Positions 41,564-49,178 of a DNA stretch of 49,460 nt are shown in pieces. The position numbers and the translations under genes were made by a program. This stretch comes from Candidatus Saccharimonadales bacterium (GTDB taxonomy: Bacteria; Patescibacteriota; Saccharimonadia; Saccharimonadales; UBA4665): contig DASVMD010000076.1 of the NCBI GenBank assembly GCA_036384495.1, forward strand, positions 1-49,460, given 5' to 3'. The notes beneath the pieces were generated by a model that was not told the DNA's origin, ran no database searches, and worked only from the letters and a program-made list of their open reading frames with translations. How positions within the stretch are numbered: the first letter of the stretch is position 1; every line of letters begins with the position of its first letter.

Positions 41564-43901
41564 AGGTAAGTATATCGTTTTAGAAGGCCCTGAGGGTGTT
41601 GGCAAAACCACCCAATTACAGGAGTTAGCATCACGCTTGCAGGCTGCCGGTTTGCCTGTGCGATTGCTGCGTGAGCCAGATAGCCAAAGCGATCTTACGG
41701 CTCGCGCTCTTCGCCAGCTTACCCAAGACCCGCGCTACCCCATGAACACCCGAACAGAGGTGCTACTCTATAATGCTGCGCGCGCTCAGAGCCTACAAGT
41801 TATCAAACAAAGCGTGGAACACGGTGTTATTTGCCTGGTAGATCGCAATTATTTGACGACTCTAGCAATTCAGTACTACGGCCGAGGCGATGTACCAGAT
41901 TACGACACTATTAATAACATCATTACCTTCGCTGTTGACGGTGTAGAACCGGATTTATGCGTGGTGCTTGACGCACCCGTGACTACGCTGCGCGAGCGTC
42001 TTGGCGATCGCTATAACGGCGAGCGTTTTGATAATTTGGACGAATCGTTTTTGGAGCGTGTACGAGCCGGCTACCTCTGGGAAGCCCGCCAGCGTAATCT
42101 GCCAGTGGTATTTGCCACCGATGACAAAGACTCCGTAGCTGATGCTATCTGGAATCTCGTTTCTAAAGAGTTAGCTGTGCGCGAGCCTCGAGCCACCGAT
42201 GTCCAGCCGCCCACCTCGATCAAGCAGGTTATCGACCAAAAAGATCTGCCCGCGCCACACGAGCCACCGCTGTCGGTTACCTCCGAAGAGCCAGTTGCAG
42301 ATGAGCCGTACGTGCTCAAGAGTGAGGAAGGCGCATACACAATAACCAAATCAGGCACCACGTATCTAGCCGAGGCCGTCACCAGCACCGAAGGCAACGT
42401 CTATGCTTTTAGTGATAAGCTCAGTCCGGTTACCATCGCTGCCGCCATGGCCCGCCTCAGCCGCCGTGGCGACGATATGCGTATCACCATCCTCGACGAA
42501 TTTGCCGATAAGGCCGACAAAGACGCCCAGTTATTGCAGCGGGTTATTACCGCCTACGGCGACGACTCCGTGCAGCAGCTCAGTGGCACCCACGTAGTGG
42601 TCGAAAATGCCTCCAACCTGCTCACCAAAAAGCTTGAATGGGGTCGCCTGGCATCATATCTGGAGCAGTCTACTCGCTACATTTACTTCGATCAAAAGGA
42701 TAAAAACGGCAAATTTAAGTACTACACGCCGCCGGAGCTCAAGCCCAGCGTCAAAAAACAGTACGAAAAAGCTATGGACACCATTTTTGAGCTGTATTCG
42801 GTGATGGTCCGCCAGCTCACCGACCACATCCGTAACGCCTCTGACGTACCCGAAGCCGAGCGCGACGTAGCCTGGAAAGGCGCCACCCGCGCCCAAGCTT
42901 GCGACGCCATTCGGCCCGTGCTACCGGTGGCCGTGCAGTCAACAGTCGGTATTTATGCCTCTGGCCAAGCTTTAGAGAGCTTGATTATGCATCTGTTAAG
43001 CGACGAACTGCCCGAAGCCCGCACCACCGGCCAAGATTTGCTGGATGAATCTCGCAAGATCGTCCCTATGTTCTTGGAACGTGCCGATAAACCAGAACGT
43101 GGCGGCGCAGCTATTGCTTACCGCGCAAACACCTATAAAGCGGTCAAGGATCTGGCCAAAGACTATCTTCCGAGTAATCACACGAATAGCGAAAACCAAC
43201 CTGCAACACTGGTAGATTTCTGGCCGAAGAACGAATTATTGCTCGTACCGGATATGCTCTATGAGCACAGCAGCCTATCGCTGGACGAGCTCCAAACAGA
43301 AGTAAACGCCTGGCCCTACGACAAAAAAGTTGAAGTTTTTAAGACCTACATGGGCGAACGGCTCAACCGCCGCCATCGTCCGGGGCGAGCAATCGAAAAG
43401 GCTCATTACAGCTGGGATCTCTTCTGCGACTACGGTATTTTCCGCGACTTGCAGCGCCACCGCATGGTCGATGACATGAACTGGCAAATGCTCACACCGC
43501 GCTACGGCTACGACGTACCAGCCCTAGTAGAAGAAGCCGGTCTCACCGAACAATTTGAAGCCTGTTTCGACATTAGTCTCAAGCTCCACAGCCTGCTGCA
43601 GTCATCCGGATACGAGCTCGAAGCACAATATGCAACCTTGCTCGGCCACAAAATGCGCTGGAAAGTCACCTACAACGCCCGCGAAGCTTTCCACTTGCAC
43701 GAACTGCGCACCACGCCGCAAGGCCACCCTGGTTACCGTAAATTAGTCCTCGAAATGCACGAAAAACTCGCCGAAGTCCACCCTCTGATGGCCGAAGCCA
43801 TGAAATTCGTTAACTCCGACGAAGACCCAGCCCTAACCCGTCTGGCGGCCGAGCGCTACACGCAGTACAAGCTGCAACAACTCGACAATTCGTCAAAATA
43901 A
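41556..43901 (+). CDS. fusion protein: thymidylate kinase (N-terminal) + long-form FAD-dependent thymidylate synthase ThyX (C-terminal)
   Basis: The ATG at 41556 overlaps the dcd stop (ATGAATAG). Residues ~1-205 are Tmk-like (KYIVLEGPEGVGKTTQ; VDRNYLTT). A Pro-rich linker follows. The ~530-aa remainder has ThyX blocks (IAAAMARLSRRGDDM; FRDLQRHRMVD; YNAREAFHLHELRTTPQGHPGYRKL). Confidence 0.82.
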   Translation: MNRGKYIVLEGPEGVGKTTQLQELASRLQAAGLPVRLLREPDSQSDLTARALRQLTQDPRYPMNTRTEVLLYNAARAQSLQVIKQSVEHGVICLVDRNYLTTLAIQYYGRGDVPDYDTINNIITFAVDGVEPDLCVVLDAPVTTLRERLGDRYNGERFDNLDESFLERVRAGYLWEARQRNLPVVFATDDKDSVADAIWNLVSKELAVREPRATDVQPPTSIKQVIDQKDLPAPHEPPLSVTSEEPVADEPYVLKSEEGAYTITKSGTTYLAEAVTSTEGNVYAFSDKLSPVTIAAAMARLSRRGDDMRITILDEFADKADKDAQLLQRVITAYGDDSVQQLSGTHVVVENASNLLTKKLEWGRLASYLEQSTRYIYFDQKDKNGKFKYYTPPELKPSVKKQYEKAMDTIFELYSVMVRQLTDHIRNASDVPEAERDVAWKGATRAQACDAIRPVLPVAVQSTVGIYASGQALESLIMHLLSDELPEARTTGQDLLDESRKIVPMFLERADKPERGGAAIAYRANTYKAVKDLAKDYLPSNHTNSENQPATLVDFWPKNELLLVPDMLYEHSSLSLDELQTEVNAWPYDKKVEVFKTYMGERLNRRHRPGRAIEKAHYSWDLFCDYGIFRDLQRHRMVDDMNWQMLTPRYGYDVPALVEEAGLTEQFEACFDISLKLHSLLQSSGYELEAQYATLLGHKMRWKVTYNAREAFHLHELRTTPQGHPGYRKLVLEMHEKLAEVHPLMAEAMKFVNSDEDPALTRLAAERYTQYKLQQLDNSSK

Positions 43902-43911
43902 TAAGCAAGTA

Positions 43912-44466
43912 TTAATTAGCAGGTGCCTGGAGCGTAGTAGCAAACTCCTGCATAGCATCAACAAATGCAGTCGGGTCTTCTACTCGTAAACACGCTACTG
44001 GTAGAGAAAAGAGTTCTAGGCAAGTGCGGATGCGCTTATGTGCCGGATCTTCAGGTTCCCACTCAAATTCAGGGGACTTTAGGCCAAACACAAAGCCAAG
44101 CGAGCATCCACGCTCAACTTGAATCATCCTTTGTTTTGCTTTTTGACTTGCTTCATTACAATCTGTTGCACTGGCCAAATCAACTGTCATGAGATACGGA
44201 GAATAAAGCATCATGGCTGTTCTGCCCGTAAGAGCGGCGAATTCTTGAGCATCAGCTGAAGGTGGTATTGGCACTTCAAAAAGCCTGTGCGCAGTGCCGA
44301 GCCGGTCAATTTTAAGTTGGTGGGCCTTAACAATATCTCCCAACGCGTTTTGAGCTATACTATCAGGATAAAAAGGCTCGTAGTCAGCACCTTGCTGATC
44401 ACATCTCTCAAATATACGCACACCAGTCTCTAATTGTGGTGCATGTAAAACGTTGTTCTCACTCAT
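43912..44466 (-). CDS. hypothetical protein (184 aa)
   Basis: This is a long ORF with no recognised domain. Its ATG is immediately preceded on the minus strand by a hairpin plus T-run and has no SD. Confidence 0.55.
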   Translation of the reverse strand: MSENNVLHAPQLETGVRIFERCDQQGADYEPFYPDSIAQNALGDIVKAHQLKIDRLGTAHRLFEVPIPPSADAQEFAALTGRTAMMLYSPYLMTVDLASATDCNEASQKAKQRMIQVERGCSLGFVFGLKSPEFEWEPEDPAHKRIRTCLELFSLPVACLRVEDPTAFVDAMQEFATTLQAPAN

Positions 44467-44492
44467 AAAAAAACTCCGGATTTCCCCCGGAG
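44467..44492 (-). terminator. terminator-like hairpin at the 3' end of a minus-strand leader, abutting the start codon of the 184-aa gene
   Basis: The minus strand reads CTCCGG-GGGAAAT-CCGGAG followed by TTTTTTT and then ATG. Confidence 0.5.
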
Positions 44493-44618
44493 ACCTCTCG
44501 TGCTTAATTCTCTCGCAAAACGGTACTCCAGACTAGGCGGCAATCACAAATGAACCGCCATATGGCTGGCAGAACATTGTGTTGATGACTGTCTGGTGAA
44601 TTGCTTTCACAACTCTTG

Positions 44619-44647
44619 ATGATATGCCTGCATTCCCACTTTGTCAA
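44619..44647 (-). promoter_or_regulatory. minus-strand promoter TTGACA-17 nt-TATCAT
   Basis: The reverse complement of 44642-44647 is TTGACA and of 44619-44624 is TATCAT, with a 17-nt spacer. This would produce a ~150-nt leader ending at the 44467-44492 hairpin. Confidence 0.55.
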
Positions 44648-44769
44648 CAACAAAGCTTGACATGGGCCGGGCAGCGTGCAACTATGGTGGTATGTGTACT
44701 AAGCGCAATCTCGGCCTCGTGATTCTCATCCCGACCTAGCGGGCGCTTTCGCATATTTCAAAAGCAATC

Positions 44770-44798
44770 AGCTCCCGCCACGAACAGGGAGCTTTTTT
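44770..44798 (+). terminator. terminator-like hairpin in the plus-strand leader upstream of the 72-aa ORF
   Basis: The stem pairs AGCTCCC (44770-44776) with GGGAGCT (44787-44793). The loop is 10 nt and it is followed by TTTTTT. TTGACA at 44657-44662 lies upstream. Confidence 0.5.
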
Positions 44799-44817
44799 AA
44801 TGTCAAAGGAGAAGACT

Positions 44818-45036
44818 ATGGTAGGCACAGAATATCAAATATATACCCCAGGTGACGATATAGACTGGGAGGCAGTAGAACATGCCGAAGGCGAACACTT
44901 AAGAAGCAAGTTCGACCACATCCAAGAGCTGGGGCGTACCGGGGCGTTGGCCGCTAAGCAGGCAGAGCAACCAAGAGTGCCAATTATCCACGAGGGGGAT
45001 CTGCTTGACTGCTACGGCGTTGAGATAGAGTACTAA
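44818..45036 (+). CDS. hypothetical acidic protein (72 aa)
   Basis: I chose the ATG at 44818, 6 nt after AAGGAG (44806-44811), rather than the track start at 44800, which abuts the T-run. I recognised no domain. Confidence 0.5.
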   Translation: MVGTEYQIYTPGDDIDWEAVEHAEGEHLRSKFDHIQELGRTGALAAKQAEQPRVPIIHEGDLLDCYGVEIEY

Positions 45037-45039
45037 ATC

Positions 45040-45366
45040 ATGGCCTACGGAAGACCACCGGCAGTAGCACCCGAAACACCTCGTTTATACAGAGGGCCGG
45101 ACGGTGAATCGGTAATCGCAAAAGACACTGCGGGACAGTATCGCTACGTGTATCGCGATCGCACACTTGACCCTGCGAGCACCGTTGATGAGCGCGTTGA
45201 TCATCTGGTGATGGTCGGCGATATGGTTTTAACGGCCTTGAAGCCGGACATTGATTTTGTTGCCCATAATCGGCTCACCATGATTGAAAGCGCTAGGCAG
45301 CTGCAATCACCCGCAAGGGAAGCCGCGCTGCATGATCTCGGCGTGGTCGCACTGCTTGCAGCTTGA
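45040..45366 (+). CDS. hypothetical protein (108 aa)
   Basis: It starts 4 nt after the preceding ORF's stop, on the same strand. I recognised no domain. Confidence 0.5.
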   Translation: MAYGRPPAVAPETPRLYRGPDGESVIAKDTAGQYRYVYRDRTLDPASTVDERVDHLVMVGDMVLTALKPDIDFVAHNRLTMIESARQLQSPAREAALHDLGVVALLAA

Positions 45367-45578
45367 GGTAATTTGTAGTAAAATGTAGCTAAGTTGCCAG
45401 AGACAGCGACGGACAAATAAGCAATTATGAGTCTTGATAAAGTCGCCGAGGTACAAACAAATCTATCCTGATAGTTTGCACGCCTCTGGTCTTCAAAAGC
45501 CATTGGCGTTTTTGTTTGGCAACGAGTTACGGCGCCGGTCGATAGCCGCGACTAAACTAAGTAATTCGGAGAAATTAC

Positions 45579-46103
45579 ATGGCTCTAACCAAAAATCAGA
45601 AGAACGACGTCGTCGGCGAAGTTGCCGATCTCTTAAGTTCCTCAAAAATGACTGTGGTTGCCAAATACGAAGGCACCACCGTTAAAGCTCTCCAGCAGCT
45701 GCGCCGCGATGCGAAAGCAAACGGCACCAAGGTCAAAGTCGTCAAGAACCGCTTGGTTATTCAAGCGCTCAAAGGCAACGATGCTCTTAAAGCAGCTGAT
45801 ACGAGCGAGCTACAAGGCATGCTTCTCTACGCCTTTAACGGCGAAGACGAAGTAGCCGCCGCACAGGTACTCAACACCTTTGCAAAGCAGAATCCAACCC
45901 TACAATTTGTTGGCGGCATCAGTGCCGACGGCGTATTTGTAGGCGCAGATGATGTCAAAGCATTAGCAGGTCTACCTGGCAAAAACGAGCTTATCGCTCA
46001 GGTTATGGCTACGCTTATCTCTCCTCTCAACGATGTTACCAGTGGCCTTTCAGGCAACTTGCACGCATTGCTTGACGGTGTTGAAGCGAAAGCCGCCAAT
46101 TAA
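45579..46103 (+). CDS. rplJ: 50S ribosomal protein L10 (uL10)
   Basis: 174 aa with L10 sequence (...VVAKYEGTTVKALQQLRRDAKANGTKVKVVKNRL...). A CGGAGAAA SD lies upstream and rplL follows. Confidence 0.95.
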   Translation: MALTKNQKNDVVGEVADLLSSSKMTVVAKYEGTTVKALQQLRRDAKANGTKVKVVKNRLVIQALKGNDALKAADTSELQGMLLYAFNGEDEVAAAQVLNTFAKQNPTLQFVGGISADGVFVGADDVKALAGLPGKNELIAQVMATLISPLNDVTSGLSGNLHALLDGVEAKAAN

Positions 46104-46127
46104 TTTTAAGAAAGGAAATCTACTGAT

Positions 46128-46508
46128 ATGGCAGATTTAAAGAAATTAGCAGAACAGCTTACCGGGCTGACTGTTTTGGAAGTTAACGAACTTAAGGGAA
46201 TCCTTAAGGACGAATATGGCATCGAGCCAGCTGCTGCAGCTGTTGCTGTTGCCGGTCCTGCTGCTGGCGGCGAAGCTGCTGCAGCTGCTGACGAAAAGAG
46301 CGAATACGACGTCATCCTTAAGGATGCCGGCGCTCAAAAAGTCGCAGTCATTAAGGCTGTTAAGGATCTTACCGGTCTCGGTCTTGGCGAAGCTAAGGCT
46401 GTCGTCGATGGCGCTCCTAAGCCAGTCCTCGAAAAGGCTGCAAAAGAAGACGCCGAAAAAGCCAAAAAAGCTTTGGAAGAAGCTGGCGCAACCGTCGAAC
46501 TGGCCTAA
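46128..46508 (+). CDS. rplL: 50S ribosomal protein L7/L12 (bL12)
   Basis: 126 aa with the N-terminal dimerisation helix, an Ala-rich hinge ([20 protein letters not shown]), and the C-terminal domain [28 protein letters not shown]. Confidence 0.96.
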   Translation: MADLKKLAEQLTGLTVLEVNELKGILKDEYGIEPAAAAVAVAGPAAGGEAAAAADEKSEYDVILKDAGAQKVAVIKAVKDLTGLGLGEAKAVVDGAPKPVLEKAAKEDAEKAKKALEEAGATVELA

Positions 46509-46524
46509 TCGCCCTCGATACCTC

Positions 46525-46554
46525 AAAAACCGCCTCTATACCGGGGCGGTTTTT
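46525..46554 (+). terminator. rho-independent terminator after rplL
   Basis: The sequence is AAAAACCGCC...GGCGGTTTTT. The stem pairs ACCGCC (46529-46534) with GGCGGT (46545-46550) and is followed by a T-run to 46554. Confidence 0.65.
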
Positions 46555-46568
46555 GCTACTTGCTTTCC

Positions 46569-46595
46569 CGAAAGTAGGGTTTTATCCTACTTTCG
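46569..46595. other. perfect 10-bp inverted repeat (stem-loop) without U-run
   Basis: CGAAAGTAGG (46569-46578) pairs with CCTACTTTCG (46586-46595), with a 7-nt loop GTTTTAT. Confidence 0.6.
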
Positions 46596-46652
46596 CGCAA
46601 ATCCTTGTCTTGACTACATAGTCGCCACTTATCCACAGATAATTAACTTTTT

Positions 46653-46681
46653 TTGACTTGATTTAACAAACATGGTAATTT
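46653..46681 (+). promoter_or_regulatory. promoter-like TTGACT-17 nt-TAATTT upstream of the 169-aa ORF
   Basis: TTGACT is at 46653-46658 and TAATTT at 46676-46681. Confidence 0.35.
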
Positions 46682-46726
46682 TAAGGGGAAAGTGTACCAA
46701 GATAAACACTTACGAGAGAGACAGAC

Positions 46727-47236
46727 ATGCCAGACGTACCAGACAAACAAGTAAAACGCCTCCGAGCCCTTATCCAAGAAGCCGAGACGAGTCTTGCGGC
46801 AGCTACTGAGTTGCTTATTAGCCTCGTGGGCGACGATGACAAGGTTGCGCCGATTGCCCGCGAAGACACGCTGGGTAAGGTGATTGAAGGCGTCTTTGAT
46901 GGCCAAAACATGGTCGGTTCAGATGGCAAAACCTATCCCGTACCAGCCAACTACGCTTCTAAGTCCAAATTAGTACAGGGCGACATCCTTAAATTGACTA
47001 TCGCTGAAGATGGCGCATTCCTATACAAGCAAATCGGCCCAATCCCGCGCAAGCAGGTCGTTGGCACGCTTACACTCGAAAATGGACACTACTTCGTAGA
47101 AGTTAACGGCCGCAAGCTACGCGTTCTGCTCGCCAGTGTAACGTACTTCAAAGCCAAACCAGGTGATCAAGTCAGCGTTAACGTCCCTGAAGACGATTCC
47201 GCAGCAGAGTGGGCCGCTCTCGAAGCTGCCCTCTAA
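46727..47236 (+). CDS. hypothetical protein (169 aa)
   Basis: This ORF has an N-terminal helical segment and a beta-rich C-terminal two-thirds. A GAGAGAGA purine-rich stretch lies upstream. I recognised no domain. Confidence 0.6.
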   Translation: MPDVPDKQVKRLRALIQEAETSLAAATELLISLVGDDDKVAPIAREDTLGKVIEGVFDGQNMVGSDGKTYPVPANYASKSKLVQGDILKLTIAEDGAFLYKQIGPIPRKQVVGTLTLENGHYFVEVNGRKLRVLLASVTYFKAKPGDQVSVNVPEDDSAAEWAALEAAL

Positions 47237-47283
47237 CCAAAAGGCATACGGTGGATCGGAAGCCAACAATAAAAGCCTGGAAC

Positions 47284-47682
47284 ATGGAAGAAACTCCGGA
47301 TCCTGTCGATCCTCAACGTGCCGAAATCCAAGTCCGGGAAGCATCGAAAGCTGCTCAAGCCCAGCTCGGTGCAGCCTTGGCGAAAGATGTACAGGCCAAC
47401 CAGGACCGTATGATAGAAGCCGAGCAGCTCGGCAAGGAACCCTACGCAAGATGGTATAGTGGTTCGCAAAATCAGGTAGGTTTCAACCTCGACAAGGGGA
47501 TTGCTGACATGTTATTTCTATCTTTATTTGGCCATAGCTCAGCAACAGACACAAAACGTACTAAGCTTCAGCGCGCAATACTTCGTACGATACTTACCGT
47601 TGCCGTAGCGGCGATTCTTGGGTTGATATACCAGTTGCTCACCGCAGATTCCTTCCATCAAACACATACTCTTTTTAAGTAG
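47284..47682 (+). CDS. hypothetical membrane-anchored protein
   Basis: I chose the ATG at 47284 (MEETPDPVDPQ...) to avoid overlap with the previous ORF. It has a C-terminal TM segment (ILRTILTVAVAAILGLIYQLL). The start is uncertain. Confidence 0.45.
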   Translation: MEETPDPVDPQRAEIQVREASKAAQAQLGAALAKDVQANQDRMIEAEQLGKEPYARWYSGSQNQVGFNLDKGIADMLFLSLFGHSSATDTKRTKLQRAILRTILTVAVAAILGLIYQLLTADSFHQTHTLFK

Positions 47683-47736
47683 TACCGCGAATACTACAAC
47701 ACACCGGTCTCCTAAAAGCGCTATAATAGATAGACT

Positions 47737-49176
47737 ATGGGGCAAGCGCTATACCGGAAACACCGGCCGAAGAAGCTGAAAGATGTCGTGGGACAGGAAC
47801 ATGTCACCGACACCTTGGAGCAGGCCTTAAAACAGGGGCGGATTAGCCATGCCTATCTGTTTACTGGACCGCGTGGTGTCGGTAAAACCTCCATTGCGCG
47901 CATCTGGGCCCACGAAATCAACGGCCTGCCATATGACGACGACTCCGCGCATATGGACATTATCGAAATAGATGCCGCCAGCAACCGCCGCATCGACGAA
48001 ATCCGCGAACTGCGCGATAAGGTGTATGTGGCGCCTACCAGCGCTAAATATAAGGTGTACATCATCGATGAGGTGCACATGCTCACTCGCGAGGCGTTTA
48101 ATGCGCTCTTAAAGACGCTGGAGGAGCCACCGGCTCATGTGGTGTTCATTTTGGCCACCACCGATGCCCATAAGCTCCCCGAGACCATTATTAGCCGCAC
48201 GCAGCGCTTTAGTTTCCGGCCCGTCGACAAAGCTAAGGTGGTAGCACACCTCAAAGACATGGCTAAAAAGGAGAAAATTGATGTCAGCGACGAAGCCCTG
48301 GAACTGCTGGCAGAGCACGGCGAAGGCAGCTTCCGCGATAGTATCAGTCTGCTTGATCAAGCCAGTAGCCACAGCAAAAAGCTCGATGCGCACGCAGTTC
48401 AACAGTTGCTTGGTCTCCCATCTGGTGAGGCTATTACCGCGCTTTTAGAGGCCGTCACCACCGGTGCAGAGGCGGCCACCATCATGTCATCGCTTACACA
48501 GCTATACGATCAAGGCTTCCAAGCCGCCGCTATCGCCAAGCAACTGGCCGTCCGGGTTCGCCAACAACTGATCGATAATTCCGCAGCGCTTAGCTCAGAT
48601 CAAGCCCTGGCTCTCTTAAGCCAGCTGCTAGAGGTGCCCGCGGCCCACAATCCCGAGCGCTTCCTAGAAATAGTGCTGTTGCAGGCCTCACCAAACAAAA
48701 AAGCAGCGCCAAAAGCCGAACCAGTAAAAATAGCCGAGGAGCCCCCAAAGCCCGCACCAAAAACAGAGAAAAAACCACAGCCAGAAGCTCCCAAAGCAGC
48801 TCCAGAGCCTCCCAAAGCAGCCGTAGACTTCGATGAAAGCGCCTGGCAAAACATCTTGCAAGCGCTTAAAAAGAAGCATAATACCCTGTACGGCGTGGTC
48901 CGCATGGCTCAACCCACATTCCTAGAAGATGACGGCCTCCAGTTGGCCTTTGCCTTTGCCTTTCACCAAAAGCGCATCAACGAGGCAGGGAATCGCAAAA
49001 AACTGGTGGACACCATTGCCGAGGTGACTGGCAAAAACATCTCCATTGAGTGCACGGTGGACAAAAACGCCAAAGCCAGTGCTCCAACAGGGGTAGCCGT
49101 GTCAAGTGAGGCGCCGCCGCAAGACATATCAACCATAAGCAATATCTTCGGTGGCGGTGAGCTGCTAGAATCATAA
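47737..49176 (+). CDS. dnaX: DNA polymerase III subunit gamma/tau
   Basis: 479 aa with the motifs HAYLFTGPRGVGKTS, IIDEVHMLT, NALLKTLEEPP and SRTQRF. It also has a P/A/K-rich linker and a C-terminal domain. Confidence 0.93.
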   Translation: MGQALYRKHRPKKLKDVVGQEHVTDTLEQALKQGRISHAYLFTGPRGVGKTSIARIWAHEINGLPYDDDSAHMDIIEIDAASNRRIDEIRELRDKVYVAPTSAKYKVYIIDEVHMLTREAFNALLKTLEEPPAHVVFILATTDAHKLPETIISRTQRFSFRPVDKAKVVAHLKDMAKKEKIDVSDEALELLAEHGEGSFRDSISLLDQASSHSKKLDAHAVQQLLGLPSGEAITALLEAVTTGAEAATIMSSLTQLYDQGFQAAAIAKQLAVRVRQQLIDNSAALSSDQALALLSQLLEVPAAHNPERFLEIVLLQASPNKKAAPKAEPVKIAEEPPKPAPKTEKKPQPEAPKAAPEPPKAAVDFDESAWQNILQALKKKHNTLYGVVRMAQPTFLEDDGLQLAFAFAFHQKRINEAGNRKKLVDTIAEVTGKNISIECTVDKNAKASAPTGVAVSSEAPPQDISTISNIFGGGELLES

Positions 49177-49178
49177 TT

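Noticed and set aside
44684-44700. GGTGGTA in the plus-strand leader, resembling the core of the T-box motif (GGTGGTACCGCG).
   Set aside because: Only 7 nt match. It lies about 85 nt upstream of the terminator rather than in an antiterminator bulge adjacent to it. No Stem I or specifier architecture is evident, and the downstream genes are not aminoacyl-tRNA related.
45434-45685. 83-aa ORF overlapping the rplJ leader and the rplJ 5' end.
   Set aside because: It is out of frame with the clearly conserved uL10, has an Arg/Ser-rich composition and has no SD.
48691-48727. A6G run (CCA AAC AAA AAA GCA) in dnaX at the domain III/linker boundary, as a possible gamma/tau frameshift or slippage site.
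   Set aside because: It is not a canonical in-frame A AAA AAG heptamer, because the preceding base is C. The -1 frame stays open for roughly 45 more codons. Only the +1 frame reaches a nearby stop (TAA 48725-48727). An A6 run is short for transcriptional slippage. The position is suggestive but the evidence is insufficient.
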